From IMG/VR virus record IMGVR_UViG_3300032283_000637, positions 1-29,587 of that record: 29,587 bases of DNA. One strand, given 5' to 3'. Positions within the stretch are counted from its first letter, which is position 1; each line of letters starts with the position of its first letter. Positions 1 through 8,010 of the stretch are shown piece after piece. Made by a program: the position numbers and the translations under genes. Source of the DNA: a virus (lineage: Duplodnaviria; Caudoviricetes). The notes below the pieces were generated by a model. That model ran no database searches. It was not told the origin of the DNA and saw only the letters and a program-made list of their open reading frames with translations.

Positions 1-17
1 AAAATAAGGAGCCAGTT

Positions 18-197
18 ATGAGAGAGTTTAAATCAATCATGCGACTTTGTATTTTTACGACGATTGCTTTTTTACAAGGGCTTGAAATGATAGTCTTTCA
101 AAAAGCAGAGGTGGAGTTTGTAGAAGTGGAAGGTGTGCCTTATTCAATTATTGACCGTGAAATGTTAGAAGATACGTTACTTAATCAGGAGGACTAG
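18..197 (+). CDS. small hypothetical protein (59 aa, hydrophobic N-terminus), lysis-region gene
   Basis: Not in ORF track; translated by hand MREFKSIMRLCIFTTIAFLQGLEMIVF...LNQED*; SD AAGGAG at 6-11. Confidence 0.6.
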   Translation: MREFKSIMRLCIFTTIAFLQGLEMIVFQKAEVEFVEVEGVPYSIIDREMLEDTLLNQED

Positions 198-200
198 ATT

Positions 201-344
201 ATGTTTTGGACTGCTTTATTGAATGTGCTAGTATATGCTTTGGAAACGTATGGGGACGATATTGTTAAAAGCACGAAAAACCCTTTTGACGATGTAGCCT
301 TAAAAGCGTTAATTAATGCATTGAAGCTCATCAAGTTTGCATAG
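201..344 (+). CDS. putative holin-like small protein (47 aa)
   Basis: Hand translation MFWTALLNVLVYALETYGDDIVKSTKNPFDDVALKALINALKLIKFA*; SD AGGAGG at 187-192; hydrophobic/amphipathic; directly upstream of endolysin. Confidence 0.55.
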   Translation: MFWTALLNVLVYALETYGDDIVKSTKNPFDDVALKALINALKLIKFA

Positions 345-369
345 AGGAAGATCCAAGATAGATGCAGAG

Positions 370-396
370 GGGGCTTCCCCATAGCCCCTTTTCTTT
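370..396 (+). terminator. intrinsic terminator-like hairpin between holin-like gene and endolysin
   Basis: GGGGCT-7nt-AGCCCC followed by TTTTCTTT. Confidence 0.5.
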
Positions 397-407
397 AGGA
401 GGAACCC

Positions 408-875
408 ATGTCTAAGAATCTACTAACCGTCGCATCAGCCTTTTCGCTTATCAAGTCAAAGGACTACGACCTGCTGGTGAATAGGAACATCACCACGAAC
501 TTCAAATGGGGTGAAGTGTTTGTAGGGATTCGCCCTAACGAGTGGCAAGAAGTCACTAAAGCCATGCTTGATAACGGTTTTCGCTTGGCGTTGTACCTTG
601 AAAAGTTTAGAGACTATTTCGGGAAGCCTATTGTCATCACGTCGTGGCTTCGTGTACCTAGCCATAACAAGCGTATTGGGGGGGCGTCTAAGTCCATGCA
701 CCTAACAGGGCTTGCGGTAGATTTTAACGTAAAAGGCGTGCCATTCGATAAAAACCAAATGGCACGCTTAAACGAGTTTCATATAGGGGGCTTGGCTAGA
801 GCTGATTACAACAAGGATGGCTGGGCTGACTTTGTTCACATCGACTTAGGCGACGAGCGGACGTGGACATATTAA
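408..875 (+). CDS. endolysin, peptidase M15 (M15A C-terminal / Peptidase_M15_3 type) Zn peptidase
   Basis: ITSWLR..HN..IGGA..SMHxxxxAVD and FVHID Zn-ligand motifs; SD AGGAGG. Confidence 0.9.
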   Translation: MSKNLLTVASAFSLIKSKDYDLLVNRNITTNFKWGEVFVGIRPNEWQEVTKAMLDNGFRLALYLEKFRDYFGKPIVITSWLRVPSHNKRIGGASKSMHLTGLAVDFNVKGVPFDKNQMARLNEFHIGGLARADYNKDGWADFVHIDLGDERTWTY

Positions 876-878
876 GTC

Positions 879-1049
879 TTATCCGTTACTCCAGTCTCTT
901 TCCTTTCGTGTGTTAAAAGCGACCCCATAGCGATTATAGAAAACTTTTTGGACTTGTTTTTTTGTATCATCAGAGTACACCAAAATAACACTAGGCTTTC
1001 TCCCCTTCATCACCTTGCGATGCTTCACTCGTGCGTGTGCGTTACTCAT
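879..1049 (-). CDS. hypothetical basic protein (56 aa), last gene of leftward operon
   Basis: Hand translation MSNAHARVKHRKVMKGRKPSVILVYSDD...DWSNG*; TGATG coupling to ASCH gene. Confidence 0.55.
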   Translation of the reverse strand: MSNAHARVKHRKVMKGRKPSVILVYSDDTKKQVQKVFYNRYGVAFNTRKERDWSNG

Positions 1050-1450
1050 CACTCACCTGCTTTCTTGAGTTTCCACTGGATCAGATACCCCTCAAAAGGC
1101 AAGTCGCCGTAATTAGCCACAAAAAACGCCTTCATTTCTTCAAAGTCTTTGAAACCGTCTTTTTCCGCCATTTTATTGAGCGTTTCTTTATTGGCAGTGG
1201 AGACCATTTTAAGAACGCTGGGGTCTTTAGTGGGGGCATAGGTTCGGATATGATTTTCAAAGATTTGAATTTGTAAAATCTTCTTCACAACACTTTCACC
1301 CAACTTGCGACACGCCTTTGTACGTTGTCCTGTGTAGAGCTGAAGAGTATCGCCCACCTTGAAGCGGTTCGTGCGTCGTATGGTTTGCGTCTTTTTACCA
1401 GTGGCGACCAAATCCGCAAACTTGGCTTTGAAGTTAATGGCTATCATCAT
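1049..1450 (-). CDS. ASCH domain protein (PUA-like RNA-binding fold)
   Basis: INF...F...V.TGKKTQTIRR...FKVGD.LQLYTGQRTK and A..DGF..FEEM..FF motifs. Confidence 0.85.
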   Translation of the reverse strand: MMIAINFKAKFADLVATGKKTQTIRRTNRFKVGDTLQLYTGQRTKACRKLGESVVKKILQIQIFENHIRTYAPTKDPSVLKMVSTANKETLNKMAEKDGFKDFEEMKAFFVANYGDLPFEGYLIQWKLKKAGE

Positions 1451-1658
1451 TCCCGCCTTTCTTTAGTGCTTCAATGCTATCAACATCAATAAACCACCGC
1501 CCATTCTCTTTCTTGGCATTAAGCCTGCCTTGCCAAATGAAGCGTCTGATTGTATGCTCCGTAAAGTTTAGATGCTCTGCTGTTTGCTGTACGGTCATCC
1601 ATAGTGTGACTTCGTAGTGACCGACACCTAAGTCGGGTCGTTGCATTAAGTTAGTCAT
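1434..1658 (-). CDS. excisionase-type helix-turn-helix DNA-binding protein (HTH_17-like)
   Basis: WMTVQQTAEHLNFTEHTIRRFIWQGRLNAKKENGRWFI. Confidence 0.85.
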   Translation of the reverse strand: MTNLMQRPDLGVGHYEVTLWMTVQQTAEHLNFTEHTIRRFIWQGRLNAKKENGRWFIDVDSIEALKKGGNDDSH

Positions 1659-1881
1659 TCGGTTTAACTTCTCCTAGTTCTGTTCCACAAAAAGGACAAA
1701 AATTAACTAAGTGCCTCTTTTGTTTGATTCCTGATTTACTTGAATACGTCACCACTTGACGAGCTTCCCATGTTGTACGATTTCTCAACGTGTTGATTGA
1801 CAAGCCCTTTACAAAGCCCCAATCAAGCACATCGTCCATTTGTTCGCATCGTGTGGTTAAATCTGTTGAACATTTACTCAT
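1651..1881 (-). CDS. hypothetical protein with Cys motif (probable zinc binding)
   Basis: C-terminal NFCPFCG; overlapping start/stop with neighbours. Confidence 0.7.
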   Translation of the reverse strand: MSKCSTDLTTRCEQMDDVLDWGFVKGLSINTLRNRTTWEARQVVTYSSKSGIKQKRHLVNFCPFCGTELGEVKPND

Positions 1882-2123
1882 TCGGTCTCTCCTTCAGGTA
1901 ATGGGGTTTCGGTGAATGTGTGACCTTGGTCTAATACAGTCCAAGGCAAGTTGGCGTTGTTTATCCAGCTATATTGATTCATAGGACGTCCGTCTGCAAT
2001 AATCATTATTTCATCCCTGTATAAGGCAACATCGACTAGCCATTTGCGATAAAAGCATTTCGCATCTTCGATATTCTCCTCTGTAAACTGAAACCCAACA
2101 GGAGGGCATGGGTAATTAAGCAT
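1878..2123 (-). CDS. hypothetical protein
   Basis: ORF track; tightly packed in operon with SD GAAGGAG. Confidence 0.7.
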   Translation of the reverse strand: MLNYPCPPVGFQFTEENIEDAKCFYRKWLVDVALYRDEIMIIADGRPMNQYSWINNANLPWTVLDQGHTFTETPLPEGETE

Positions 2124-2661
2124 CTTTCGGCACTCCTTCTATTGTAAAGCCTAGCAACACCTGCAAGGCGATGGGGCAATCGGCTTGGATGTAGTCGCCG
2201 ATTTGTAATTTAGACTTATAGGGAATACCTCCGTCATCAAAATCACGTCCATTCGACCATTCGTCGTTTAAAGAGACGTAAGTGTTACACGGTCTCTCCA
2301 GTTTGTATTTAGTCTCATCATCCCCTACCCAAAACTTCGCTTCAGGCACTTTCTCCATAGCCTTAAGCACCGCCTGCGTCACCTCGATGGGGGGATTCAC
2401 GGCTTGGGCTTTCTCGTAAGTCAAGATGCTCATAAACTCATCTAATTTATACTCGTCATTAAAGGCGTATGTATGTGTAAAATCTTCTTCTACAATCTTT
2501 ATAAAATGTTCGTGTGCCAAGACTGTGATCATCATTTGTTTTGATTTTGGGGAGTACCACGTCTTTTCAGTCCTTAAACTCATCGCTTCGAATGGCTTTC
2601 CTTTATTGAGTTCAGGGCGTACCATAGGGCGGTGTATGTATTTACAATCAGTTCTAAGCAT
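2116..2661 (-). CDS. hypothetical protein, paralog family member 3 (start MLRTDCK)
   Basis: ORF track 2116..2733 trimmed to ATG 2661 with SD AAGGA; shares motifs with 2654..3196 and 3193..3723. Confidence 0.7.
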   Translation of the reverse strand: MLRTDCKYIHRPMVRPELNKGKPFEAMSLRTEKTWYSPKSKQMMITVLAHEHFIKIVEEDFTHTYAFNDEYKLDEFMSILTYEKAQAVNPPIEVTQAVLKAMEKVPEAKFWVGDDETKYKLERPCNTYVSLNDEWSNGRDFDDGGIPYKSKLQIGDYIQADCPIALQVLLGFTIEGVPKDA

Positions 2662-3196
2662 CTTTCGTTTCCTTTCTTTCATGTGCGACACCGCTAGTGT
2701 AAAACTTATGTAAAACAAAAGCACTTTCTTCACAAATGGGTGAAATACTATCGGCGTATTTGTTGATGTACTTTACATCTTGCATATAAGGTGCGTAGTA
2801 GTGCCAATTCCCATTCCAGTATTTAAGTTTGCAGTTCTTTATATCTCCATATTCTGAATAACGATATACAATATATTCTTCTTCGTTTTCCCATAAACTG
2901 TTTCGCATCCAGTGCTTATAAAGCTCTTCCAAGACTGCATCGGTCAATCTCACAGGAGCCTTCAGCGCTTCCGATATTTTCGTGTGGACTTTCTGCAATG
3001 TTGCCGTAAGCCTACCGCTCCAAATATGATCTTCCCATAAAACATCACAATCAGCATTAGTGACCTGAACCACTAAGTGATTATGTTTTAGGTCTGAACT
3101 AACGCACTTGTCTAAGACCTTTACATTTGAGGCTTTATAGGCATCAAATGTCACCCTTTTAATCGTACATGGACGCACCATTATTTCGTTACTCAT
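2654..3196 (-). CDS. hypothetical protein, paralog family member 2 (start MSNEIMVRPC)
   Basis: ORF track 2654..3280 trimmed to ATG 3196 with SD AAGGAGG and ATGA overlap. Confidence 0.75.
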   Translation of the reverse strand: MSNEIMVRPCTIKRVTFDAYKASNVKVLDKCVSSDLKHNHLVVQVTNADCDVLWEDHIWSGRLTATLQKVHTKISEALKAPVRLTDAVLEELYKHWMRNSLWENEEEYIVYRYSEYGDIKNCKLKYWNGNWHYYAPYMQDVKYINKYADSISPICEESAFVLHKFYTSGVAHERKETKDA

Positions 3197-3723
3197 CCCA
3201 CCCTCCTTACGCCTTGTAGCGTGAACTGGCGGAGGTATTCCGCTGTTTTGGGGTCGTCTTTGTCTGCCACGAGGTAGCAACCGCTGTCCGTGTACACTTC
3301 GTGAGGGTACTCGTAGCCGTCATCTTCACATACAGAGCAATCATAAGGGGTATATTCCCAAATAGGGTCTGTATCGTAACGCATATACTTGTAGGTGGCT
3401 TTGTATTGGGCTTTTCTATTGCCTTCATCCACCACAACCCAAACCTTCGCATCCTTCGGCAATCCTGCCAGCACCTCCTCCGTCGCCAGCACAGGGGCTT
3501 TGAGAGCGTCGGCTATGGTGGTTATAATTTGGCGATAAATTGGGAATGAATCGGCATACTCATCTACTGTTGCAATTTTGGTGCCTAAAAAGTAAACATT
3601 ATAGTTGCAATCACTTTCATTTCTAAAAACTTCAAAATAATCCATGTTGAAATCACAGGCATCAAATGGCTCTTTAAGCTCCCACCCTTCAGGTAGGCAC
3701 GGTCTCATCATTTCGTTAGTCAT
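3193..3723 (-). CDS. hypothetical acidic protein, paralog family member 1 (MTNEMMRPC)
   Basis: ORF track; SD GGAGG; TAATG coupling. Confidence 0.75.
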   Translation of the reverse strand: MTNEMMRPCLPEGWELKEPFDACDFNMDYFEVFRNESDCNYNVYFLGTKIATVDEYADSFPIYRQIITTIADALKAPVLATEEVLAGLPKDAKVWVVVDEGNRKAQYKATYKYMRYDTDPIWEYTPYDCSVCEDDGYEYPHEVYTDSGCYLVADKDDPKTAEYLRQFTLQGVRRVG

Positions 3724-3917
3724 TATTCCACCTCCGTAATATAGGCTTTGTTCATATCAAAGCCCCATTCTATTTCTATATCCCATTCGCTTTCAGGTGT
3801 ATCTCCTGCGACTTCTCTAGCGTGTTCAATTGAATCCGCTTCAACCTCGATTACAGCATTTCCAATCTTACTGAAACCCCCCATAACTGGGGCTTCAACT
3901 AAATAAGTAGGCATCAT
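3723..3917 (-). CDS. small acidic hypothetical protein
   Basis: ORF track; EVEADSIEHARE pattern common in small phage proteins; SD AAAGGA. Confidence 0.7.
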   Translation of the reverse strand: MMPTYLVEAPVMGGFSKIGNAVIEVEADSIEHAREVAGDTPESEWDIEIEWGFDMNKAYITEVE

Positions 3918-3929
3918 TCTTTTCCTTTC

Positions 3930-4130
3930 TTAATATGAAATCCATTTTAATGCGTTAAATACTTGAAGCGTATTCGCAAAAGCGTTTAAAAGCAAAAGCA
4001 AACAAACTACAAAATTAAGCGTGGCAAAACCAAAAGATTCAGATTGTAAGTCATTTACGCCTCTAAAATTGTAAACAAACATTCCAACCAATGAAAACAA
4101 TATCAAAAAGCATTGTATCGCTATGTTCAT
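3930..4130 (-). CDS. small membrane protein (2 predicted TM helices)
   Basis: Two hydrophobic stretches; TAATG coupling. Confidence 0.65.
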   Translation of the reverse strand: MNIAIQCFLILFSLVGMFVYNFRGVNDLQSESFGFATLNFVVCLLLLLNAFANTLQVFNALKWISY

Positions 4131-4273
4131 TATTCTTTTCCTTTCACAATTCCAACAAACACTTTTACCGATTCAGGCACGCACACCTTAATGGCAAGCG
4201 TGGCAAGCGTGGGACACAGCACAACCAGCACAAACCACGCACAGGCGTCATAAAATGGTTCAGGTAGATTCAT
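4130..4273 (-). CDS. small membrane protein (47 aa)
   Basis: Not in ORF track; MNLPEPFYDACAWFVLVVLCPTLATLAIKVCVPESVKVFVGIVKGKE*; SD AAGGAG; exactly fills the gap. Confidence 0.6.
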   Translation of the reverse strand: MNLPEPFYDACAWFVLVVLCPTLATLAIKVCVPESVKVFVGIVKGKE

Positions 4274-4276
4274 TCG

Positions 4277-4462
4277 TTAAGCTCCTTTACGCTTTTTAAG
4301 CTCTTTGTATTTGGCTTTTTCTTCAGAAGAAAGCTCGTCCCACGTTTTATTTCGTTCTAAAATTGCTTTTATAAGCTTTACTACAGCATGACCTACCGCA
4401 ATTAAAAAAAGAGTTACAGGAATCGATAAAACAATAATACCTACTTTCATTAAAGTATCCAT
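4277..4462 (-). CDS. small single-pass membrane protein with basic tail
   Basis: N-terminal hydrophobic helix; SD AAAGGA. Confidence 0.7.
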   Translation of the reverse strand: MDTLMKVGIIVLSIPVTLFLIAVGHAVVKLIKAILERNKTWDELSSEEKAKYKELKKRKGA

Positions 4463-4474
4463 CTTAAGATCCTT

Positions 4475-4669
4475 TCAGCTTAGTTCAATATTTTCAACGG
4501 CAAGCACATCCCATTCTTCATGTGCTTTTTTCAGCTCAGCTTTAAGTTGTGCATTTTCTTCTTCTAAAGCAATAAGTTTGTCATTGATTTTTTGATTGAT
4601 TTGACTTAATTGCTTTGCTGCTTCTCCATAGCCTTGCAAGCGTTTATATTCAGCTTCTTTAATATACAT
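4475..4669 (-). CDS. small coiled-coil protein
   Basis: Heptad pattern LIALEEENAQLKAELKKA; SD AAGGAG. Confidence 0.7.
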   Translation of the reverse strand: MYIKEAEYKRLQGYGEAAKQLSQINQKINDKLIALEEENAQLKAELKKAHEEWDVLAVENIELS

Positions 4670-4672
4670 CGT

Positions 4673-5146
4673 TTAAGCTCCTTCTCTATACTTTTTGTAA
4701 TACTTCATGCACACTCGGGCGTATTCTGTCGCCTTAGCTCCGTCGCCGTTGTAACGCTTAAAGGTTAATCGAGTGTCTTTATTAGCAAAGTGGATGTTCT
4801 TGTGTGCCAAGATCCCGATGCTTTTCTTAATCGCCCAAGTGGGGTTAAACGCTTTAGATGTGCAAGCCTTCATGTTGACCTGCCCTAAGCCACAATCCCA
4901 AGTTCCATTTGAGTTATGGTTTTTAGCTCCAAAGTCCCACTTGGCATTTTCACGATGATTAACCAGCGTGTACCACATCGTCAACGTGATTGTGCTTCCT
5001 GCCCTTTGGTGCTTTAGAACTTCATCATAGGCAACCTTTGCAAACGTGGCTCCGATTTTTGATTTCACCAGCCGATAGCCTTGTGAAGCCTCATAACCTT
5101 CACTAGGCTTAACTGTTCTGCCCCTTACAGGGCGGTTTACTTTCCC
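4673..5146 (-). CDS. lytic transglycosylase (SLT / lysozyme-like) domain, probably expressed as the -1 frameshift extension of 5137..5523
   Basis: Catalytic-type HREN, N.NGTWDCGLGQVN and RYNG motifs; ORF-track ATG at 5221 has no SD; reading frame is -1 to upstream ORF at GGGAAAG. Confidence 0.75.
   Translation of the reverse strand, partial: GKVNRPVRGRTVKPSEGYEASQGYRLVKSKIGATFAKVAYDEVLKHQRAGSTITLTMWYTLVNHRENAKWDFGAKNHNSNGTWDCGLGQVNMKACTSKAFNPTWAIKKSIGILAHKNIHFANKDTRLTFKRYNGDGAKATEYARVCMKYYKKYREGA
5120..5146 (-). promoter_or_regulatory. candidate -1 programmed ribosomal frameshift signal (G GGA AAG + hairpin)
   Basis: Heptamer 5140-5146 directly before TAA; 6-nt spacer; GCCCU-GUAA-GGGGC hairpin 5120-5133. 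Confidence 0.65.
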
Positions 5147-5523
5147 TGCGTGTTCGATGCCCCCGCTTTTAACTTCAAGGGTGGAGGAGTGGGTGCTTTC
5201 TTGCCATACACGGCATCCCATTCAGCAATAAGCGAATAAACCTTTTCTTCACCTGTTACAGTGTGACCTGTGACGGTGCAGTTTTTGATACGGTTGTCTT
5301 CGTATAGGTCACGATGCCCCCTTAGAAACAAAGCGTCATCATTACACTTTTTAACGTGCTTTTGATGCTCTAATTCGCTAGGGCTTAATGGAACAGGTGC
5401 AAACGCTAGGGTAACGTTTTCGTAAGCCTGCACAACAGGCTCTTTAAAGGCAACCCCTGCTAAAAAAACAGGCGTGGCAATAACAAAAATTGACATTGTA
5501 AGTAAAGCAATTCTCATGTTCAT
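5137..5523 (-). CDS. N-terminally membrane-anchored/secreted protein (128 aa), ends on slippery heptamer
   Basis: Hydrophobic N-terminus IALLTMSIFVIATPVFLAGVAF; Pro-rich C-terminal linker; SD AAAGGA. Confidence 0.75.
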   Translation of the reverse strand: MNMRIALLTMSIFVIATPVFLAGVAFKEPVVQAYENVTLAFAPVPLSPSELEHQKHVKKCNDDALFLRGHRDLYEDNRIKNCTVTGHTVTGEEKVYSLIAEWDAVYGKKAPTPPPLKLKAGASNTQGK

Positions 5524-5550
5524 AATAATAGATCCTTTTCTTTTTCTGTA

Positions 5551-6096
5551 CTAGACGTTTTCACACGGTTGGTAGCCTTCAGCATCCACCTTAAGCAATG
5601 CTTCAAGCTTTTGAATCGGCTTGATAACCTTAGCTTCAAGTTCGTTTACATAAATGGCATACTGTAAACTTTCGTTACAATTTAAACCAAGTGCTTGACG
5701 AGTCACCTTTGAGTCAAGCTCGTTAAACGCTTCAACGGATGACATCCCTTGCTTGATAGCTGTTTCATAGATGGTTTCCGCTAGGATGTATCCAGTCATA
5801 GGAGCATTAGCGATACACGCATTAGGAAGGTTACTAGGCAAGCTAGGAACGCTCACGAACTCCAGTAAGGGGATTGCCTTGCTTGGCTCCGTGTGTGCAG
5901 GGATCTGCTCCATTTCCCACACGAAGGCATACCAGCCGTTCTTTTCAGATTGTGGCTTAGCATTATCCAGCAACCCAAAGGCGACAATGTGATTTTTAAC
6001 CGCATCAAGCGTTTGGTAGTAATCGTAAAACTCTTGAGCGTCACTATAGCCCTTGTCAAACAGGCTTTCATTTCTAAAAAAGTTAAAGAAAGACAT
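5551..6096 (-). CDS. hypothetical protein
   Basis: ORF track; SD AAGGAG; TAATG coupling. Confidence 0.7.
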   Translation of the reverse strand: MSFFNFFRNESLFDKGYSDAQEFYDYYQTLDAVKNHIVAFGLLDNAKPQSEKNGWYAFVWEMEQIPAHTEPSKAIPLLEFVSVPSLPSNLPNACIANAPMTGYILAETIYETAIKQGMSSVEAFNELDSKVTRQALGLNCNESLQYAIYVNELEAKVIKPIQKLEALLKVDAEGYQPCENV

Positions 6097-6335
6097 TAGT
6101 AAGCTCCTTTAAAGGCTTCATCACGTTCTTGATTTGCTCTAGCTTCTGCTAACACGCCTTCAAGTTTGCAGATGTACTCATCACGATTGTTTGCTTCTAG
6201 GTTCAGCGTGTAGTTCTCAACGATTGTTTTCTGCAATGCTGGTGGCAAGCTGTCAATACGTCGTTGTGTGTGAACTGGGGGAGCCTTAATCGGATCAAAA
6301 GGCATTCTGTCAACTTGTAAATTATAACTAGACAT
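6096..6335 (-). CDS. hypothetical protein
   Basis: ORF track; SD AAGGA. Confidence 0.7.
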   Translation of the reverse strand: MSSYNLQVDRMPFDPIKAPPVHTQRRIDSLPPALQKTIVENYTLNLEANNRDEYICKLEGVLAEARANQERDEAFKGAY

Positions 6336-6414
6336 AGGAGTTTCCTTTCCTTAAAGCCTCACTTAGGCTTATATGATTACTTTAGCAACTTTTAGGACTC
6401 GGGGCATCCTCCAT

Positions 6415-6711
6415 TTAGAGGATTTTCCAATTTAGCAAATACGGCTTGACATGGACAATTTCGTACACTACTTGCTGGGAGCCTGCAATATCTTCGACGA
6501 TATAAGGGGCTTGCGTTATAAACCTTCTACCCCAATAGCTACCAGATTCTTCTTTAAACAAAATAAATACATTAGCAACAAACTGTTGCATAGAGTATGA
6601 TTGAAGTTTATTAGGAGCAATGTTTAGCTTTTGTCTAACCCATTTATAAGCATCTAAGCTTTCATCAGGGTGGCATTCATAAACCTTAATCAGATTTGGA
6701 TGTTTCAGCAT
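6415..6711 (-). CDS. hypothetical protein
   Basis: ORF track; SD GGAG within upstream gene. Confidence 0.65.
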   Translation of the reverse strand: MLKHPNLIKVYECHPDESLDAYKWVRQKLNIAPNKLQSYSMQQFVANVFILFKEESGSYWGRRFITQAPYIVEDIAGSQQVVYEIVHVKPYLLNWKIL

Positions 6712-7171
6712 CGGCTACTCCCTTTGGCTTAATGCCTGCTTTGATACGGTCAAGGTGCTTGAGTTCTTCTGCTGGTGCATCAGGGTACACAACATCCAGC
6801 CCTTCATCCACTGGCGACTGTGGCACTTCCACTTCAACGCCTTGCAAGGTCGTTGTCGCCTCTCTCACGGCTTCAACTAATGAACTCGTGAGCTTTCCAT
6901 AGTGGACGAGTTTTAAAGCCTTTTCTTGTGCGTCATCTTGAATAATGTCGGCATAATCTCGCCCTTCTGCATCCGTTGCTATAATCGTCGCATCATTGCC
7001 TTTGTAGACGTTAATTGTGACAATTAGCTGGGGTCTTTTAATTTCACAACTTGGCTGTTCAATTACTGCCTGCACGGTGTCGGTTAATTTTTCTTTTATC
7101 GCCCATGCAAGCACAACGACCAAACACGCAAACCAGCCTAGATTTTCACCAATAAAGTTAAGTAGCTCCAT
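6686..7171 (-). CDS. membrane-anchored hypothetical protein
   Basis: N-terminal TM (LGWFACLVVVLAWAI); SD AAGGAG. Confidence 0.75.
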   Translation of the reverse strand: MELLNFIGENLGWFACLVVVLAWAIKEKLTDTVQAVIEQPSCEIKRPQLIVTINVYKGNDATIIATDAEGRDYADIIQDDAQEKALKLVHYGKLTSSLVEAVREATTTLQGVEVEVPQSPVDEGLDVVYPDAPAEELKHLDRIKAGIKPKGVADAETSKSD

Positions 7172-7327
7172 TTAGTCGTCTCCTTCTTCTAAGTAAAAAC
7201 TAACACTTGACGAATCAGGATGTGCTTCGTCATAGCCTTGATTTTCTAATTCTTCAAGAAAATCATACAGTCGGTCTACAATCTGTTCTAAGTTCTTTCC
7301 CTTTACATTAAACGTAGCTTTAAGCAT
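7172..7327 (-). CDS. small acidic protein (51 aa)
   Basis: Not in ORF track; MLKATFNVKGKNLEQIVDRLYDFLEELENQGYDEAHPDSSSVSFYLEEGDD*; SD GGAGG; fills the gap exactly. Confidence 0.65.
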   Translation of the reverse strand: MLKATFNVKGKNLEQIVDRLYDFLEELENQGYDEAHPDSSSVSFYLEEGDD

Positions 7328-7706
7328 CTGTTACCTCCACTTTCAGGCTAGGGTGAAGTTCAATAGAAACACATTCACGATCTAGTCCTTGAGCCTTTAG
7401 TTCTTTTTGTGTAATTTTCATAAACGCATCTTGGATGCCACGCTCTGCAATCAGTAAACGTGCGAGTGGTTCATCTACGACCTTGACTTCTTTATTGGCA
7501 CGTTTAAAGGTTTTGTCTTCAAACTGTGCGTTAGGGATGTCCTGCTCGGTCATAGCAAGCATGATGTCGGCTTCAATCTCTGCAAGCCACCGCTTACTTT
7601 CAGCGTGTTCTTGCGTGGCAAGTGCTAAGTCGTCAGCAGTGTTCACCCACTGGCTTTTGGCTTGCGTCCACTTGGCGAATAAGTCTGTTAAACTAGGCAT
7701 CTTCAT
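7320..7706 (-). CDS. hypothetical protein, weak resemblance to Gam/Gp157-like coiled-coil proteins
   Basis: Long N-terminal helix then short beta region; neighbourhood of SSB-like gene; family call is tentative. Confidence 0.55.
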   Translation of the reverse strand: MKMPSLTDLFAKWTQAKSQWVNTADDLALATQEHAESKRWLAEIEADIMLAMTEQDIPNAQFEDKTFKRANKEVKVVDEPLARLLIAERGIQDAFMKITQKELKAQGLDRECVSIELHPSLKVEVTDA

Positions 7707-7989
7707 CCCTCGCTTTTCTAATACCTTGAGCGATTAAATCAATTTGTACTTGTGTTTCTTTTTCGTTAGCTTCTTTTACCCACGATGGGATTAAAAAAAG
7801 TTGTGCAAAAAAGAAAAGGCAATAAAGGAAAGAAAATATCCAGCCGTTTTTTTCACCCATTAAAAAAAAACAAGCTAAATAATAAATAGGAAGTGCTATT
7901 GCGTAAGGGCGATTGCAATAGAAAGCGTGGATATTCAAGCCAAAAAAACCTGAAAACCACCAAAAATAAGCCCATGCTTTACTTTTCAT
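7693..7989 (-). CDS. TM2-domain-like membrane protein
   Basis: KS...AY..W...GFFG..IHAFY pattern plus further TM helices; start at 7989 (SD GAGGA) or 8007. Confidence 0.7.
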   Translation of the reverse strand: MKSKAWAYFWWFSGFFGLNIHAFYCNRPYAIALPIYYLACFFLMGEKNGWIFSFLYCLFFFAQLFLIPSWVKEANEKETQVQIDLIAQGIRKARDEDA

Positions 7990-8010
7990 CGTGTGTTCCT
8001 CATGCACGGC

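Noticed and set aside
1434-1658. Integration/excision module implied by excisionase-like HTH
   Set aside because: No integrase or att site visible in the window; this HTH family often occurs alone
7295-7301. Second in-frame G GGA AAG heptamer
   Set aside because: Mid-gene, -1 frame stops after about 10 codons, no obvious stimulator; shows the heptamer alone can arise by chance
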